This document shows, in pieces, positions 12,371 to 25,347 of a stretch of 64,000 nt of DNA; position 1 is the stretch's first letter, and each line of letters opens with the position of its first letter. The notes below the pieces were generated by a model, which was given only the letters and a program-made list of their open reading frames with translations, was not told where the DNA came from and searched no databases. Source of the DNA: Eledone cirrhosa. Taxonomy: Eukaryota. The DNA lies in contig OZ024746.1 of assembly GCA_964016885.1 (NCBI GenBank), forward strand, positions 76,880,001 to 76,944,000. The letters are read 5' to 3'. The position numbers were made by a program, and so were the translations under genes.

Positions 12371-15300
12371 TGATTGATATAATGATTATATAATCATTTA
12401 ACATCCACTAACAACACACATGCTTTCTCCCCCTCCCCCATTTTTTTCCTTTTCTTCTGCTTCTTACAACTATCTTTCTATTTTTCTTTTATCTTTGGAT
12501 GACGGATTAATATTCAAAACGTTAAGATACTTTTCCTACTGTATCAAGTGATAAACTAATATATATTTTCATTGAGTGTATTGTTTCCCTGTGTTGTTTA
12601 TTCATTGATTTTTCACATATATAAAAATCTATACATATATGTGTACATATATATATAATCATTATCATCGTGTAATGCTAGACAAGTTTGTCTCATTTAG
12701 AGGCAAGTTGGGTCGGGTGACCGTGTCTCGCTCATATAGGACAGTTTCTGGCTGGTTTACTATGGCTGGATGCCCTTCCTAGTGCCAACCACATTTACAG
12801 TGTGTGCTGGGTGCTTTTTACTGTCTTTTACATGACCACTTGTGATATAAGTATGGCCAGTGCTTTCAGTCGGTTTTCTTGGTGTCACACTTTTTAACTG
12901 TTGTGTTTACTCTGGACCTTAATGTTTTTTTAAACTTTTCGCCCCATAGAGTGCTTTGTGATTACCTAAAAAAAAATCGAATAGTATTTGCTGTGTGGCA
13001 GCTATAACTTCGGTTTATACCTAATATATATATATATATATACACATACACACACACACACATATATATCGTATTCTACCTGGTTATGTTGGGACTGATA
13101 ACATTGTTAGAACTCAATGTGTCTTTGGAAAGATAGTTACAGCGAGATTAGGTGGTGTGACCAGTAGTTTTTGTAGTAGGTGACCACCGCCTAAGGTTTC
13201 CTCAAAGAAGAGTCATTTATATGTTTGTGTCTAGAACAATGAAAACAATATTGAAGTCAGAGGTAGGTAGTTAACTAGTTCATTGATTTACGATTGTTTC
13301 AGAAGGTCAACTGATCATGGAAGATCGATGAATCGGCTAGCATGGTAATGGTTATGATACTACCTATTTCTAGTCTTGAAATTCCTGTTCGATCAACCGT
13401 CTTCTTAAAAAACACTAAACTATGATTTTATTGGTGACATATATATCAAGAGGCGAGGGTGCATGGTTTCTGTATCCCAATGAGTGAGGAAATAGAAGAG
13501 AGGGGGATGCGTAAATTAAGGGTAGTAGGTGCAGAATGCATATAAAGGGTGCACAAAGCCAGCAATTGGGGGGAGAGGGGGAAAGTTGATTAAATCAACC
13601 CCAGTGCATTACTGGTGCTTTATTTTATCGACCCTGTAAGGATGAAAGGTGAAGTTAACATCAACGGGATTTGAATTCAGAAAGTAAAAAGCCATAACTC
13701 TATGTCGCAAGTCATGTTTTCTACATTCTTTTTGACCCTTTTTTTTGGGGGGGGGGGGGGGGCAGGCATAGTTTCTGGGTGAATGTTTTACCGATCTAGC
13801 ACTAGGGAACTTGTTGAGGTTATTATGACATGATTGAAAGGTTCACCCAATCCTTTTTGACATGATTTTTGGGGGGGCTGGAAACCTTTCCTAATAATTA
13901 CTTTAGAGAGAGTGATGGGTGTATTTTTTTTATCTTGGCACCATCACTAGGGAATTTGTCGGTCAGACTCAACTGAAGCACCGTCTCTACCCCATGGAAG
14001 ATAGAGTTGTAGGGTTGGAATAGGATGAGGGAGGTAAGGACAATGAGATGTATGTAATGGGTAAGTGACAAGAGGTGGTGGAGAAGTGACAGGTTTGATG
14101 TTGGTGGTGTAGGGGAGAGAACATGTGGAGGAAGACATAGGTATATGATAGTCATGGTAAGGACTGACAGGATGATGGTAGGAGGAGATTCTAAGGAGCA
14201 ACAGTATGAGAGGGGGTGATAAATATAAAGTCATGAATGTGTGACTAATGTGGGGGAGGGGTGATAAATTACAACTATGAGTCCTACCCACCCATTGACA
14301 CCTCTCTGCACCTTCCTATACAACTGTCATTCTCCATACTATTTAAAGTGTATTGTGTCCTATGTTTTGATAGTTACTCATTTACTGTTTTCACTCTTTT
14401 GATTTTTGTCATGCTGGGGCACCATCTTAAAAAAAAATAAAATGCCTCACCAGTCTCCTAGCTGAAATTGAAACTATCTCCACATACAGACACTGTATAT
14501 TATGTCTTCTCCATTTCCTAACCATAAAAAAAAAGACTCCTGATAAATCAGGTCAATATCTTTCCCTTTTTTTTAATCAAATCCCTAAGAATATGAAAGT
14601 TTTGTCATGGTCCAACCCTTGTTAAGTGGAATTTAAATGATGATGATGGCGATGATGATGATGATCTCTGCTTTTCCCCTTGTTTGCATATAGAATGGCT
14701 CAAAGTAGTGCCATATTAATCATAAGTTTAGTTAGACAGAAGTCTAGGAACATCACAGGAACTGTTGTCACTGTAGTGGAGTGAAAGATTGAACTGTTTG
14801 AGGGAACTTGAAATACCTGAAAACCTAACAGCTTGGCCATGATTTAAAATACCTAGGCCTAAAGATAACTTTTTCTGGCTTCTGTAGATAATCTCAATGC
14901 TAAAAACATGTTCTTATTTCCAAAGAGGTGTAGAAGAATACAAGTATTGAGAAAACGCACTCAAATGTAACAGTGTATTTATTATTTCAGTCAAATATAA
15001 AATGGACGGAGGTTTTTTTGCAGGCTCAATTGAAAATCTTACAAAGAAAATATATAACAAAGTAGGTAAAGACTTTGGTATCTATTTCTTAAGACTTTCA
15101 TTGTAATTAATCTAACAACCAAGATTAAAAGTTTAAGGAATTTCCACAGAGTAGAAGACTAATATAAAGACATATGCACAACATACATGCATGTGCACAT
15201 ACACACAGCATTCAATCACACATGCATACCTAAACTTGTACACATATGCTATGCCATGGACCCATAACTTCTGATGGAGTTGTAGGGGTGCCATTGTGAC

Positions 15301-15424
15301 ATACAGCATATCTTGGGCATTTGATCCTGGCAGAACCCATCCCTTTCCAGGTTTCAACAAAGCTGATTTCTTCCAGAGAGAGGGGGAGAGAGTAAGAAAA
15401 AAAAAAAAGACACAGAGGAAGAAT

Positions 15425-15581
15425 CAACCCCAGTATTAGTCTGGTACTTTATTTATCAACCTTGAAAGGATGAAAGGCAAAGTTGACCTTGGCAGGATTT
15501 GAACTCAGAGCACAGACAACTGGAACAAATACTGCAAGGCATTCTATCTGATGTTCTAACTGCTCTGCAATTCGTCGCCTT
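15425..15581 (-). mobile_element. Nin-domain tRNA SINE
   Basis: The reverse complement reads gagttcaaatcctgccaaggtcaactttgcctttcatcctttcaaggttgataaataaagtaccag. Confidence 0.8.
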
Positions 15582-15938
15582 GTAGATATATACAAACATA
15601 TACATAAGGATTTAGACAATAGATTAAATATGTTTTAGTAAGATGCAACTGGGACTGTGTGGATCTGTCCATCAATACCATATGGAAGCTATGAGTAACT
15701 GCAGTCAACAAATATTAGAACCGGAAGTTGAAGAATGGATTCAATGTTTTGATTTTATTTATTTTTTTTAATTAATTTTTTTTTTTTCAAAATTTCCAAT
15801 AGATTTCAAACTTCAAAACTGAAAATCTACTAGATGAATAAAATTATCTTCTTAGAAATCTGATGGTTTGTTGGAATGAGCTGAAGGAAGATGGAGTTGA
15901 CAACAATTGGGTAATAATGGAGAATACACTTGGTTTAA

Positions 15939-16348
15939 CTCTTAACATCTTGTAATTTTCTGGTAGAAAATATTAAAATATGGGTTTGTTAATTCAAATG
16001 GTTATATTATCCTTACTAGTGGACAGATGTAAAAATTTGCAGCAAACTAAAGTGAAGACTTTTTAATGTGATGCAGACATAGTGTTTTGTTCTTTTCAAG
16101 AATGACTTGCTAATGTGGTTTCATACAGTAGAAAACGTTAAATATCTATTTTTAAAATTTTGTAATAATTTAGTAGAAAATATTTTAAAACAGGTTTGTT
16201 AATTCAAATGATTATAGTATCCTTACTAGTGTACAGATTATTGTAAACATTTGCAACAAACTAAAGACTTTAATTTTTAATGTGTTGTTTTGTACTTTTC
16301 AAAAATGTCTTGCTAATGTGGTTTTATGCAGTTAAAAGATGTTAAGAG
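15939..16348. mobile_element. TTAA-flanked MITE with an internal tandem duplication of about 200 bp, in the probable FoxJ1 3' UTR
   Basis: TTAA|ctcttaacatctt ... aagatgttaagag|TTAA. Two diverged internal copies begin tagaaaatatt at about 15964 and 16173. Confidence 0.7.
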
Positions 16349-16973
16349 TTAAAGTTCATATCCAAGACAGGAAGAGGAAAAGCAAACTCCGCCCATTGTT
16401 AAGATATCAGTTGATCCTCTAGAGTAACTTCAGGTGACCAAAATCATTAGTGGTTCGTTAAATCCTAGTTACCAAGTGATTGTTCACATAAGAAAAATAA
16501 GGGGGGTTGAAAGGAAGGGACACAAATTAAAATAAAATTTAGCACTGTTAAAAATATTCAATATTGGACCTGCTGTACAGTATTTTTCTTTCATTTTTTT
16601 TTAATATATATTCTTTATTTTTGTTTTGTTTTGTTTTATCTTTCCTTTATTTTATTTTTTGTTGTAAAAAACAAAACAAAAACAAAAACTACCAAAACCA
16701 AGCCAAAATGTTGCTTTAGGTTAATGCAGAATGTGTGAATCTGAGAGGAAATTGGAAAGACAGACAAAAAGTAATATATCACCAAGAAATTATTAAGATT
16801 TGAAAGATATGTTTAGAAGATGTTTAATGTTAGTAGAAGAATTGTAGACTAAAACAGGAACCAAATAACTTTCTGGGTGTTTAAATTTTGTTGATCTCTT
16901 TGTAAACCATTTTCCAAAATACAGATGTTATTGTAAGTCCCACTCAGTTACAACTAGATTTATCTGGTTTACA

Positions 16974-17786
16974 TTATTGCATCATAGTATCAATATCAAA
17001 CGTTGCTGTCATATCGTCAGAATGGGTTCGAGATTCTGCCCAAGGGTGGGGATTCTCGGGTAAAGGTGAACTCGACTCAGGTGTATTCAGTCCATCAGCA
17101 CTATCACATATAGTGAATATAGTGTTGTTAAGAAAGTCCCGGGTCTCAGCACTAAGATTGAAACTGTTGCCACACATATCATTCCCAGCCCACCAGTGTT
17201 TAATACCAGTACCTTTTACAGTTAAATCGAGGGGGTTGTTGGTTAGAGAACCATCCAGTGAATGTCCCCGGCCATTCATGGAAGAATTTACAGGCTTGTT
17301 CAATATATTGCTACAGAAAAAATTGTCCATGCTAATATCATCAGCGTTGGATCCATCAGAATCCGGAGGACTGAGTGCCATTAAAGATCCATAATCCACT
17401 TCATCGATGATGGTTTCTGTTTTCACTTTGACATCGCCTATCATGATGTCTTGGTCAAAAAGGAAGTTCAGGTTAAAGTCATTACTCACTTCATCAGTTG
17501 GGGGTAGATGAATGACATTGGACAACATTTCTGCAGCTTTGTTACCTTCCCAGTCTGGTCCTGATTGTGAAGTTAGACTGTCTGACTGACAGTTAATGTC
17601 TGACCGACTTCGTTTCAATGGCGTGTAGTTAAGATCATTCTGCTTCCTTTTCTTCAATATACCATTCTCTATCTGGTCGATATACTCAGGATTTACCTTC
17701 CAGAAACCTCCTTTACCAGGTTCATCTTTTCTCCGAGGAACTTTCTGGAAACATTTATTCAAAGACAAATTGTGACGTATAGAATT
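16974..17786 (-). CDS. FoxJ1: FoxJ1 last coding exon (C-terminal half of forkhead domain and C-terminal region)
   Basis: Acceptor tttccag|AATTCT. The frame reads [29 protein letters not shown], which is FoxJ1-typical, then LDLTVKG and HPWAE motifs, ending in TAA. Confidence 0.92.
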   Translation of the reverse strand, partial: NSIRHNLSLNKCFQKVPRRKDEPGKGGFWKVNPEYIDQIENGILKKRKQNDLNYTPLKRSRSDINCQSDSLTSQSGPDWEGNKAAEMLSNVIHLPPTDEVSNDFNLNFLFDQDIMIGDVKVKTETIIDEVDYGSLMALSPPDSDGSNADDISMDNFFCSNILNKPVNSSMNGRGHSLDGSLTNNPLDLTVKGTGIKHWWAGNDMCGNSFNLSAETRDFLNNTIFTICDSADGLNTPESSSPLPENPHPWAESRTHSDDMTATFDIDTMMQ

Positions 17787-17937
17787 CTGGAAAGATAAAG
17801 GAAATAAGAAAAAAAAGAAACTCATTAGAAAGACGCATCAGTTGAAATGTGTGTGTGTGTATTATATATATGTATATATATATATATATATATATAAATT
17901 AAGAGTGAATAACCAATTTAGACTTATAACATAATTT

Positions 17938-18027
17938 CACTCTACATATGTTTCAATGTATAACAGCCGACCATACCTCAATATGTTACTGGGCATTAGT
18001 CTGCTGGTCTACATATCTTCAGGAATA
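17938..18027 (-). ncRNA. Type I hammerhead ribozyme motif
   Basis: Minus strand: tattc-CTGAAGA-t atgta..tacat t-GAAA-catatG TA-gagtg. Helix III is palindromic (ACATATGT) and the cleavage site is GUA. Confidence 0.7.
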
Positions 18028-18087
18028 CAAATGTTGTTATGAACATCAAGATAAAAACATGCAAAAAGTGACTTCATAATACAGATT

Positions 18088-18140
<53 letters not shown>

Positions 18141-19064
18141 GTGCGTGCGTGCATGCGTGAGTGCAAATAAGACTGTCAATTGCCTTAACTTGAACGAAAA
18201 TACAACAAGAACAAACCAAAGCTATTCATGAACTGAAGCAAACAAAACTACAAACCTACATTTGACCCCACCAGATCTACACTATACAAGAAAAAGTAAA
18301 AATCTCATATGTCCTTTAAAACCATATCCTAACACTCCTGGCAAAACAACTATCAACTTGCAGCAATTATTGGTATAGGGGTGACAGAACTTATCAGACT
18401 TCCCATTTTATCCTCAACCACTTTACAGAGTGTACTGGGCACGTTTATACTGTAGATCACCAGCCCTAGAGAGTTTGTTGTGCTCTTGAGACAACTAAAG
18501 AGTCCTCTTGACTATTTTTTAATATGATTTCTACAGCAGGATTCCCTTTCTATCACCAACTAAATTTACAGAGTGTACTGGGTGAATTTTTGTGGCATTA
18601 GCACCAGAGAAGTTGCTGTGTTGTGACTGGATGGTCCTCTCAACCATTTTTGGCAGGGTTTCTATAGCTGGAAGACCTTCCTGACACCAATCTCTTTACA
18701 GAGGTCACTAGATGTGTTTTATCATGGAACCAGCACTAGGGAGGTTGCCAGTCGTTGACTCAACTGAAGAGTTCTCCCTACACTATAGGAAGGGGATAGG
18801 GAATATGCCATGGGTAAGGGACAATGATAAGTATATTGTCATGGGTGTGGTAAGAGGAACGAATGAGAAAGTATGTCATGTGTAGATAGGTGTGGTGGGA
18901 ATTGACAAGGTGATTAGAGGTGAGGGGGTGATCTCATATAGCTACTAAGGCATATAGCTGGTGCGTTAGGACTTAAACAGGGTGGAGGTGGTCCTGGGTT
19001 GAGTGGGGGTGAGGGGCCCATGGATGAGTCAGGTCAGGTCACATTTTAGGCTGGTTGGTGAGTC

Positions 19065-19480
19065 TTCTCCAGTAGAGCATTTCACCAATCCTTGCGGTCC
19101 TCTGTGTTCTCAGTTGTGAGGTTCAGCTTCTTAAGATCACTCTTCACTACCTTATCCCATGTCTTCCTAGGACAGCCTCTTCCATGAGTCCCATCCACTG
19201 ACATTTTTCAGCACATTTTTATGCAGCTTATATGCATCCCACAATCATACCAACAGTCTTCTTTCTTGCAAACTATACCAGATTCCTCTTAAGTCTAGTT
19301 TTTCTCTCAGTTCACTAATGCAACATCATTCATGCATACTAACATTATCCAACCATTGGTTCAACTTCGCTTCATTTCTTTCTAGCTTTTGCAGGCCTTC
19401 TGTAATCAAGGCCCATGTTTCACTGCCATGTAGCATTGCAGTTCCCATGTAAGCATCCTACAGTCTCCCCTTTATTGTTA
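19065..19480 (-). mobile_element. Decayed RTE 3' fragment
   Basis: Remnants of HGSETW and GCPRKTW on the minus strand. Confidence 0.75.
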
Positions 19481-20029
19481 CCAGATGTTCCAGCTAACAA
19501 TAAAGGGGAGTCTTGTTCAGTGAGGAGTATGAGGAGGAAGGAAGAAGGCGAAGGAGGAGAAAAAGAAGGCGAAGAAAAGTACAACTACCACCACCACTAC
19601 CACCACTGCCAACAACAACAACAACACAAATATCACCACCATCAAGTGAACCAATAATAACAAATGCCCCCAACACTACCACCACCACCACCACCACCAC
19701 CACCACCACCACCAACAACAATGTAAACAATATTTCCATGCCTAGTTTATCATTAGAATCATTAAGGCTGGGCTACAGTTTATCTTGGTAATTATCTTAG
19801 AGGAACTCTGGTCAAAATATGTTCTACTTGGATGCTTTGATGGATGGTTGGATAGCAGGATAGCTAGATGATTACATTGCTGGTTGGATGGTTAGATGAT
19901 GGAGTAGATAGCTGGGTGATAGAGTGTCACCTGATTGCATGATTATATAGCCTGCTTGTTGATCAAATTATTGAATTGTTGATTGGTTGTCTGGCTGAAT
20001 GGTGGGATAGTTGGATGGCTAGCTGGCAT

Positions 20030-22320
20030 ATGTCCTATCCATAAAAGTGGAAGCAGAGCAGATGCTATGGATGGTTAGTTGGCATAATATGTCCTACCCA
20101 TAAAGGAGGAAGCAGAACAGATGCTAAAAACTACAGACTAATCTCCCTGAGCTCACATATCAACAAAGTTATGGAACGAATCATCAGAAGGAATCTGATC
20201 ACATCTATAAAGGAAAATGGACTACTAACTAACACCCAGCATGGCTTTCGTCTGAAGCAGCTGTTACTAGACTATTGAAATATATATCGGCATAGTTGGA
20301 AAATTAGGTGAATGGCTTCATGATTTCTTAAAAGACAGGAGCTAGACTGTTGCAGCCAAAATGGGCCTTCTCAAATGAAACATCAATAACAAGTGGTGTG
20401 CCATAGGGAACTGTCAGTCATGCCCTCCATAGTACAGGGCACCACTCTCACTAGCTCCTCGGATGACATGAAAGTAGCACAGGCAATTAAGAATCCAGCC
20501 AATGCTACTCTCTTACAAGATTTAGATGCCATATACAAATGGGCTCAGGACATCAATATGCAGTTTAATGCTGGAAAATTCAAGCCCTCCACTATCAATC
20601 CACAAACACAAGGCCACTACAACAAAGCTACACTGGACCAGGAGAGATCAAAATCCTGAGTCAAAATCAATATTGGACCTGGGTATTGATATAAGCAATG
20701 ATGCATCATTTCATGCACACATCACCAAAATGGCAACAATGTGCAGATGACTGGCTGGTTGGATTCTGAGGACTTTCAGGACAAGAGACCAGGAAACCAT
20801 GTTGGTCCTCTAGAGGACTTTTGTCCTCAGCCAACTGGACCATTGCTCTCAGCTAAGGTTGCCTCACAGTGTCAATCTAATCGCAGAACTTGAAGCAATC
20901 CAATGAAGCTATACCACGAAGATTGCCTCAGTGAAGGAAATAAGATACTGGAAGAGGCTAAAAGGACTAGATGAAGACAGGAGAGATATATAGTGATATA
21001 CATATGGAAGATCCTGGAAAGACTAGCACCATACTTTAACATTGTGAAATCAACCAACACTCAAACAGGATGTCACAACTTAGTGTCAAAGGTCCCATCC
21101 TTCACATCTACAGTAAGAGCCTTGGGTTCAAAGGCTCCCATCTCTTTAATAAACTGCCAAAAAATTCAAGAGATCTACAGGGTGTAGATGTTTTTAAGAA
21201 GCATCTCGACTTTCTGCTAACTAAGGGTAACCAGAGTTGAGAGCAATAGTCCAATCAGCTGAAGACAAATGTTCCAGTGGAAGGTGGAAGACTTACGTAG
21301 ATTAGAGAGAAACGAAGCCTGCATGCTCCGATGGATGTGTAACAGTAATATACGTGAACGACAAAGCATAAAGGAATTGAGAGAGAGACTGAGCATAAGA
21401 GGAATCAAATGCTGCGTGCAGGAGAGGCGGTTACGCTGGTATGGACATGTGATGCGTATGAAGGATGACAGCTGCATAAAAAGGTGCAGAGCACTAGAAG
21501 TTGATGGAAACCGCGGAGTGGGGAGACCCAAGATGACTTGGGATGAGGTGATAAAAGCCGACCTTACCCAACTACACCTCTCAAAGACAATGACACACGA
21601 CCGTGACTTCTGGCGTCATGCAGTAATACAGGGTACCCGACCTCCCATGGGTACATGCTGAAGCATATAAACAATATGCCCCCACTCCCCCCACCGCAAG
21701 GTGGTCGTGGAGGTGCCACGGCAAAAAAAGCACCCAGCCCACACTGTAAAGTGGACGTGTAGGCGCCACGAAAAAGCACCCAGCACTCACTGTAAATGAG
21801 GTTGGTGTTAGGAAGGGCATCCAGCTGTAGAAATCAAGCCAGATCAGTTCCTGTATGAGCAAGGCATGGTCAGCCGACCAGACACTGCCCACAACAGGAC
21901 AACCCGTCTAACCCATGCTAGCGTGGAAGAACGGACGTAAAACGGTGATGATGATGATGATGATACATATGGAAGATCCTGGAAAGACTAGCACCATACT
22001 TTAACATTGTGAAATCAACCAACACTCAAACAGGATGTCACAACTTAGTGTCAAAGGTCCCATCCTTCACATCTACAGTAAGAGCCTTGGGTTCAAAGGC
22101 TCCCATCTCTTTAATAAACTGCCAAAAAATTCAAGAGATCTACATGGTGTGGGTGTAGATGTTTTTAAGAAGCATCTCAACTTTCTGCTAACTAAGGGTA
22201 ACCAGAGTTGAGAGCAATAGTCCAATCAGCTGAAGACAAATGTTCCAGATGAACCCACAGCATAAAATAAAGTATGATTAAGGAGATCAGTGACAAACTT
22301 CTTACATCAATGGCCAACAA
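20030..22320 (+). mobile_element. Decayed CR1/L2-like LINE RT fragment, split by an RTE insertion
   Basis: Reads (P)IKGGSRTDAKNYRLISLSSHINKVMERII...TQHGFR, SDDMK, LQDLDAIYKWA..MQFNAGK and IYIWKIL. Confidence 0.8.
21278..21964 (+). mobile_element. 5'-truncated RTE 3' end with (GAT)n tail, flanked by direct repeats of about 280 bp
   Basis: ORF LRRLERNEACMLRWMC...GRPKMTW is nearly identical in type to 3357-6263. Flanks 20998-21277 and 21963-22248 are near-identical. Confidence 0.9.
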
Positions 22321-22498
22321 AAGCCTGGCTGGCTATGGCAATGGCTGGGCCCCAGCATGGCTTAGGCCAGCCAGTTGGAACAGGTAAAAGAGAATATATA
22401 ATACATATTTATACAAATATATAATACACACACACATCTATATATATATATATATATATATATATAGATAAGTAGTTCCACAACAGTTAGTTCTCCAT

Positions 22499-22541
22499 AC
22501 TGAGAACAAATGTTTCACCATATGTGGATCCTCAGCTCGGT
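22499..22541 (-). ncRNA. Minimal hammerhead ribozyme motif (left arm of palindrome 22470-22618)
   Basis: Minus strand: accgag-CTGAGGA-t cca cata tgg t-GAAA-cattt GTT-ctcagt. Confidence 0.65.
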
Positions 22542-22546
22542 TTCAG

Positions 22547-22589
22547 ACCGAGCTGAGGATCGACATAAGGTCAAACATTTGTTCTCGGT
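22547..22589 (+). ncRNA. Mutated hammerhead motif (right arm of palindrome; G12 lost)
   Basis: accgag-CTGAGGA-tcgacataaggtc-AAA-cattt GTT-ctcggt, with a perfect 6-bp helix I. Confidence 0.5.
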
Positions 22590-23470
22590 ATGGTGAACTA
22601 ACTGTTGTGGAACTACTTCTACCAAACTCGTCCCATGGACTGAGTGCTCTACTACTACAGATATAACCCTCCAATGTTCTACTATTATATATATATATAA
22701 ATTATACATACTCACATACTCAAGGATATAGTAAAGAACAAAATGTTACGCCTACATAAGGCTACTTGACATTAAATTTACAAACCTTGATTTTTTGAAC
22801 TGTCTACAGACACATTCAATGAACCATGACAACATATTCATCATTATTACCTTTTTGCCATACAACACAGACAAGTAGTGGCTTCCTACATATAATTCCT
22901 GTTCATTCTACCACTTGACAGATTAAATTTAGAAAGACTTGATTGTTTTGGACTGTCATTAGACACATTCACTGAACCATGTCAACCTTAACTTTCCAGG
23001 AAAATATTATATAAACATTTCAGATTGTATAATGGAGTCATCAATGCTCAATTTTTGTATGGCAGCTAGATTGTGTGTGCATGTGTGGGTGTGTGTGTGT
23101 TGGGGGTTCTCAAGTATTAGCTACCTTCAAGTTATCCATAGATTTCATACTTATATTGGCAAAACTATATTGGGTTGCCTAAGATCTACTCTCAAGATAA
23201 AGAAAATAATTCAATAAATGAACATGTATTCTAATTTATGCCTTACTCTCACACATCCACAATTGCTATGGTGATTATAAACTGACACTGGGTTAGTTTA
23301 GTATATGAACAGGCATGATATTATTATGTCCATTCCCCTTCCAATTCATTCATATTCCTCCTCATCCACCTACTACTACTACTACTACTACTCATAATTT
23401 TAATGATGGCATTCCTATCACTCCCCAGACAGTGTAAGTAAACTACAGTTAGATGAATCTTTTAGAGATA

Positions 23471-23855
23471 TCTATATATCTAAAACAGAGAATGTCTGTC
23501 TGACTCCCTTAAACTCGAGAACCACCCAACTGATTTCATATTTTCAATGCCCTAGGGACCGCATTAGGCGAAAAAGCGATCTCTCTGTCTTTCCTTAGTC
23601 TGTCTTTTTAGATAGATACATAGCTACAACGTCGCGCCCTTATAATATCTGTCTGTATGTCTGAATTACGACATTATGACGCTATCTGTGTGTGTGTGTG
23701 TATATGTATATATAGTGTGTATATATATATATATATATATATAGTGTGTAATGTTTTTCGAAATATTTACTTCTGCGTTCACAGATTGAATTTTTTAGTT
23801 TCAGAAGATCCCGTTAAGGGTGAAATCAGCGATTCTTTGCTTAAACTTTAATCTG

Positions 23856-23898
<43 letters not shown>

Positions 23899-24028
23899 TA
23901 TTTTTGCATACACAATAACAAAATGTAAACAAACGTATTTATTTCACAAGGCTCGATAAGGATAAATATATATCAAATATATAAGAACCCTAGAGCAAAT
24001 CCCGAGCAATGCCGGGCCATTCTGCTAG
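23471..24028 (+). mobile_element. Non-autonomous Helitron
   Basis: A|TC 5' end (tctatatatctaaaa..tgtctgtctg). The 3' hairpin cccgagcaatgccggg is followed by CTAG|T. Confidence 0.8.
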
Positions 24029-24450
24029 TCTTCTCTAAAATCTTACAAACTGAGGTATTTTTCATAGAGCAACGTTTGCTAACTGTTCAGTTTAAATACA
24101 AAAGAAAACAGCATGATATTTGGCTTCCTCCAGAGGTAGAATAATTAAAATCATTCTAAATAGCAATTAAAAACTCAAAGGAGGAAGCAAAAGAATTCCA
24201 TAACATTATGACACAGTTAATTTTATAATTGTATCACTAAGAAGAAGGCATCTATGGCGCTTCTTCCTGGCACAAAACCAAACTGCATCTCATTTAATTT
24301 GATCTCTTTCTGTCACTTTCATAACTTGGTCCATTAGTTTTATGCATCTGTAGTTGCTCCTGTCCAAAGCATTACCTTTTTCCTCAGAGCAATTAAGAAG
24401 TCTTAATTGCTCCAAGGAAAAAGGTAATGCACACACGATCATCGTCTTTG

Positions 24451-24523
<73 letters not shown>

Positions 24524-24670
24524 ATTAGAAAGTGAACAACACAATAGATAACTACACCGAAGAAGTAGTTATCTATATATTGTATTGTTTGTTCACTTTC
24601 TAATTAAAAAGCTCTGTTCTATACATAGAGCACTCTTTTTTCCTTTGCTTTTTCTTTGGAATTACCTAAC

Positions 24671-24724
<54 letters not shown>

Positions 24725-24860
24725 GATAAATCTACCAAGAGTTTACGGTAGTGTCCAATCCGTATGAAGAACTCAATGTAATCCGGATATCATGGAAAGA
24801 AGAGATGCAATGAAAAATCACTTTCGGTGAAAGATAAACGGTTCCTTATATTAAACAAAG

Positions 24861-25009
24861 ATTATTTCTGAAGACGGCATATATATGTGTTTGGTATGTA
24901 TATTTAATTTTGATAGTTTGTATAATTTTGTATAATTTTGTACATAGATCTGTTGAATATGCATGCCAATTCTAACACATATATATCCTAGAAACGATCG
25001 TTAAATAAT
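24861..25009 (+). ncRNA. Type I hammerhead ribozyme motif with a long helix II
   Basis: attattt-CTGAAGA-[long hairpin atatatatgtgtt/aacacatatatat]-GAAA-cgatcG TT-aaataat. Helix I is a perfect 7 bp and helix III is palindromic (ACGATCGT). Confidence 0.75.
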
Positions 25010-25066
25010 GAACTTTTTTTGTTTAATATAAGGAACTGTTTCATTGTTTTATTCATTATTTTTTTA

Positions 25067-25122
<56 letters not shown>

Positions 25123-25126
25123 ACTC

Positions 25127-25316
25127 GAGGGTTAGCTGAAAACTTCATAGGATGACTATGAAGGAGTGATGCTAGGGTTGTGAAATCTTGTATGCATTAA
25201 TTTCAACTCTTCTTATTAATAACTGTATTGTTTCTTTCTCGGGACTATGTTGAAGAAAAATAAACCTCATTTGGTCATACCATTTGGTCAGCCTATTAAC
25301 ATTTCAGCCAACCTTC

Positions 25317-25317
<1 letters not shown>
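25127..25317. mobile_element. Mariner-type MITE
   Basis: Imperfect TIRs cgagggttagctgaaaacttcatagg and cctattaacatttcagccaaccttca, adjacent to TA repeats. Confidence 0.65.

Positions 25318-25347
<30 letters not shown>

Noticed and set aside
19513-19791. ORF with poly-R, poly-P and poly-T runs
   Set aside because: It derives from trinucleotide repeats (gaa, cca, caa) next to an RTE fragment.
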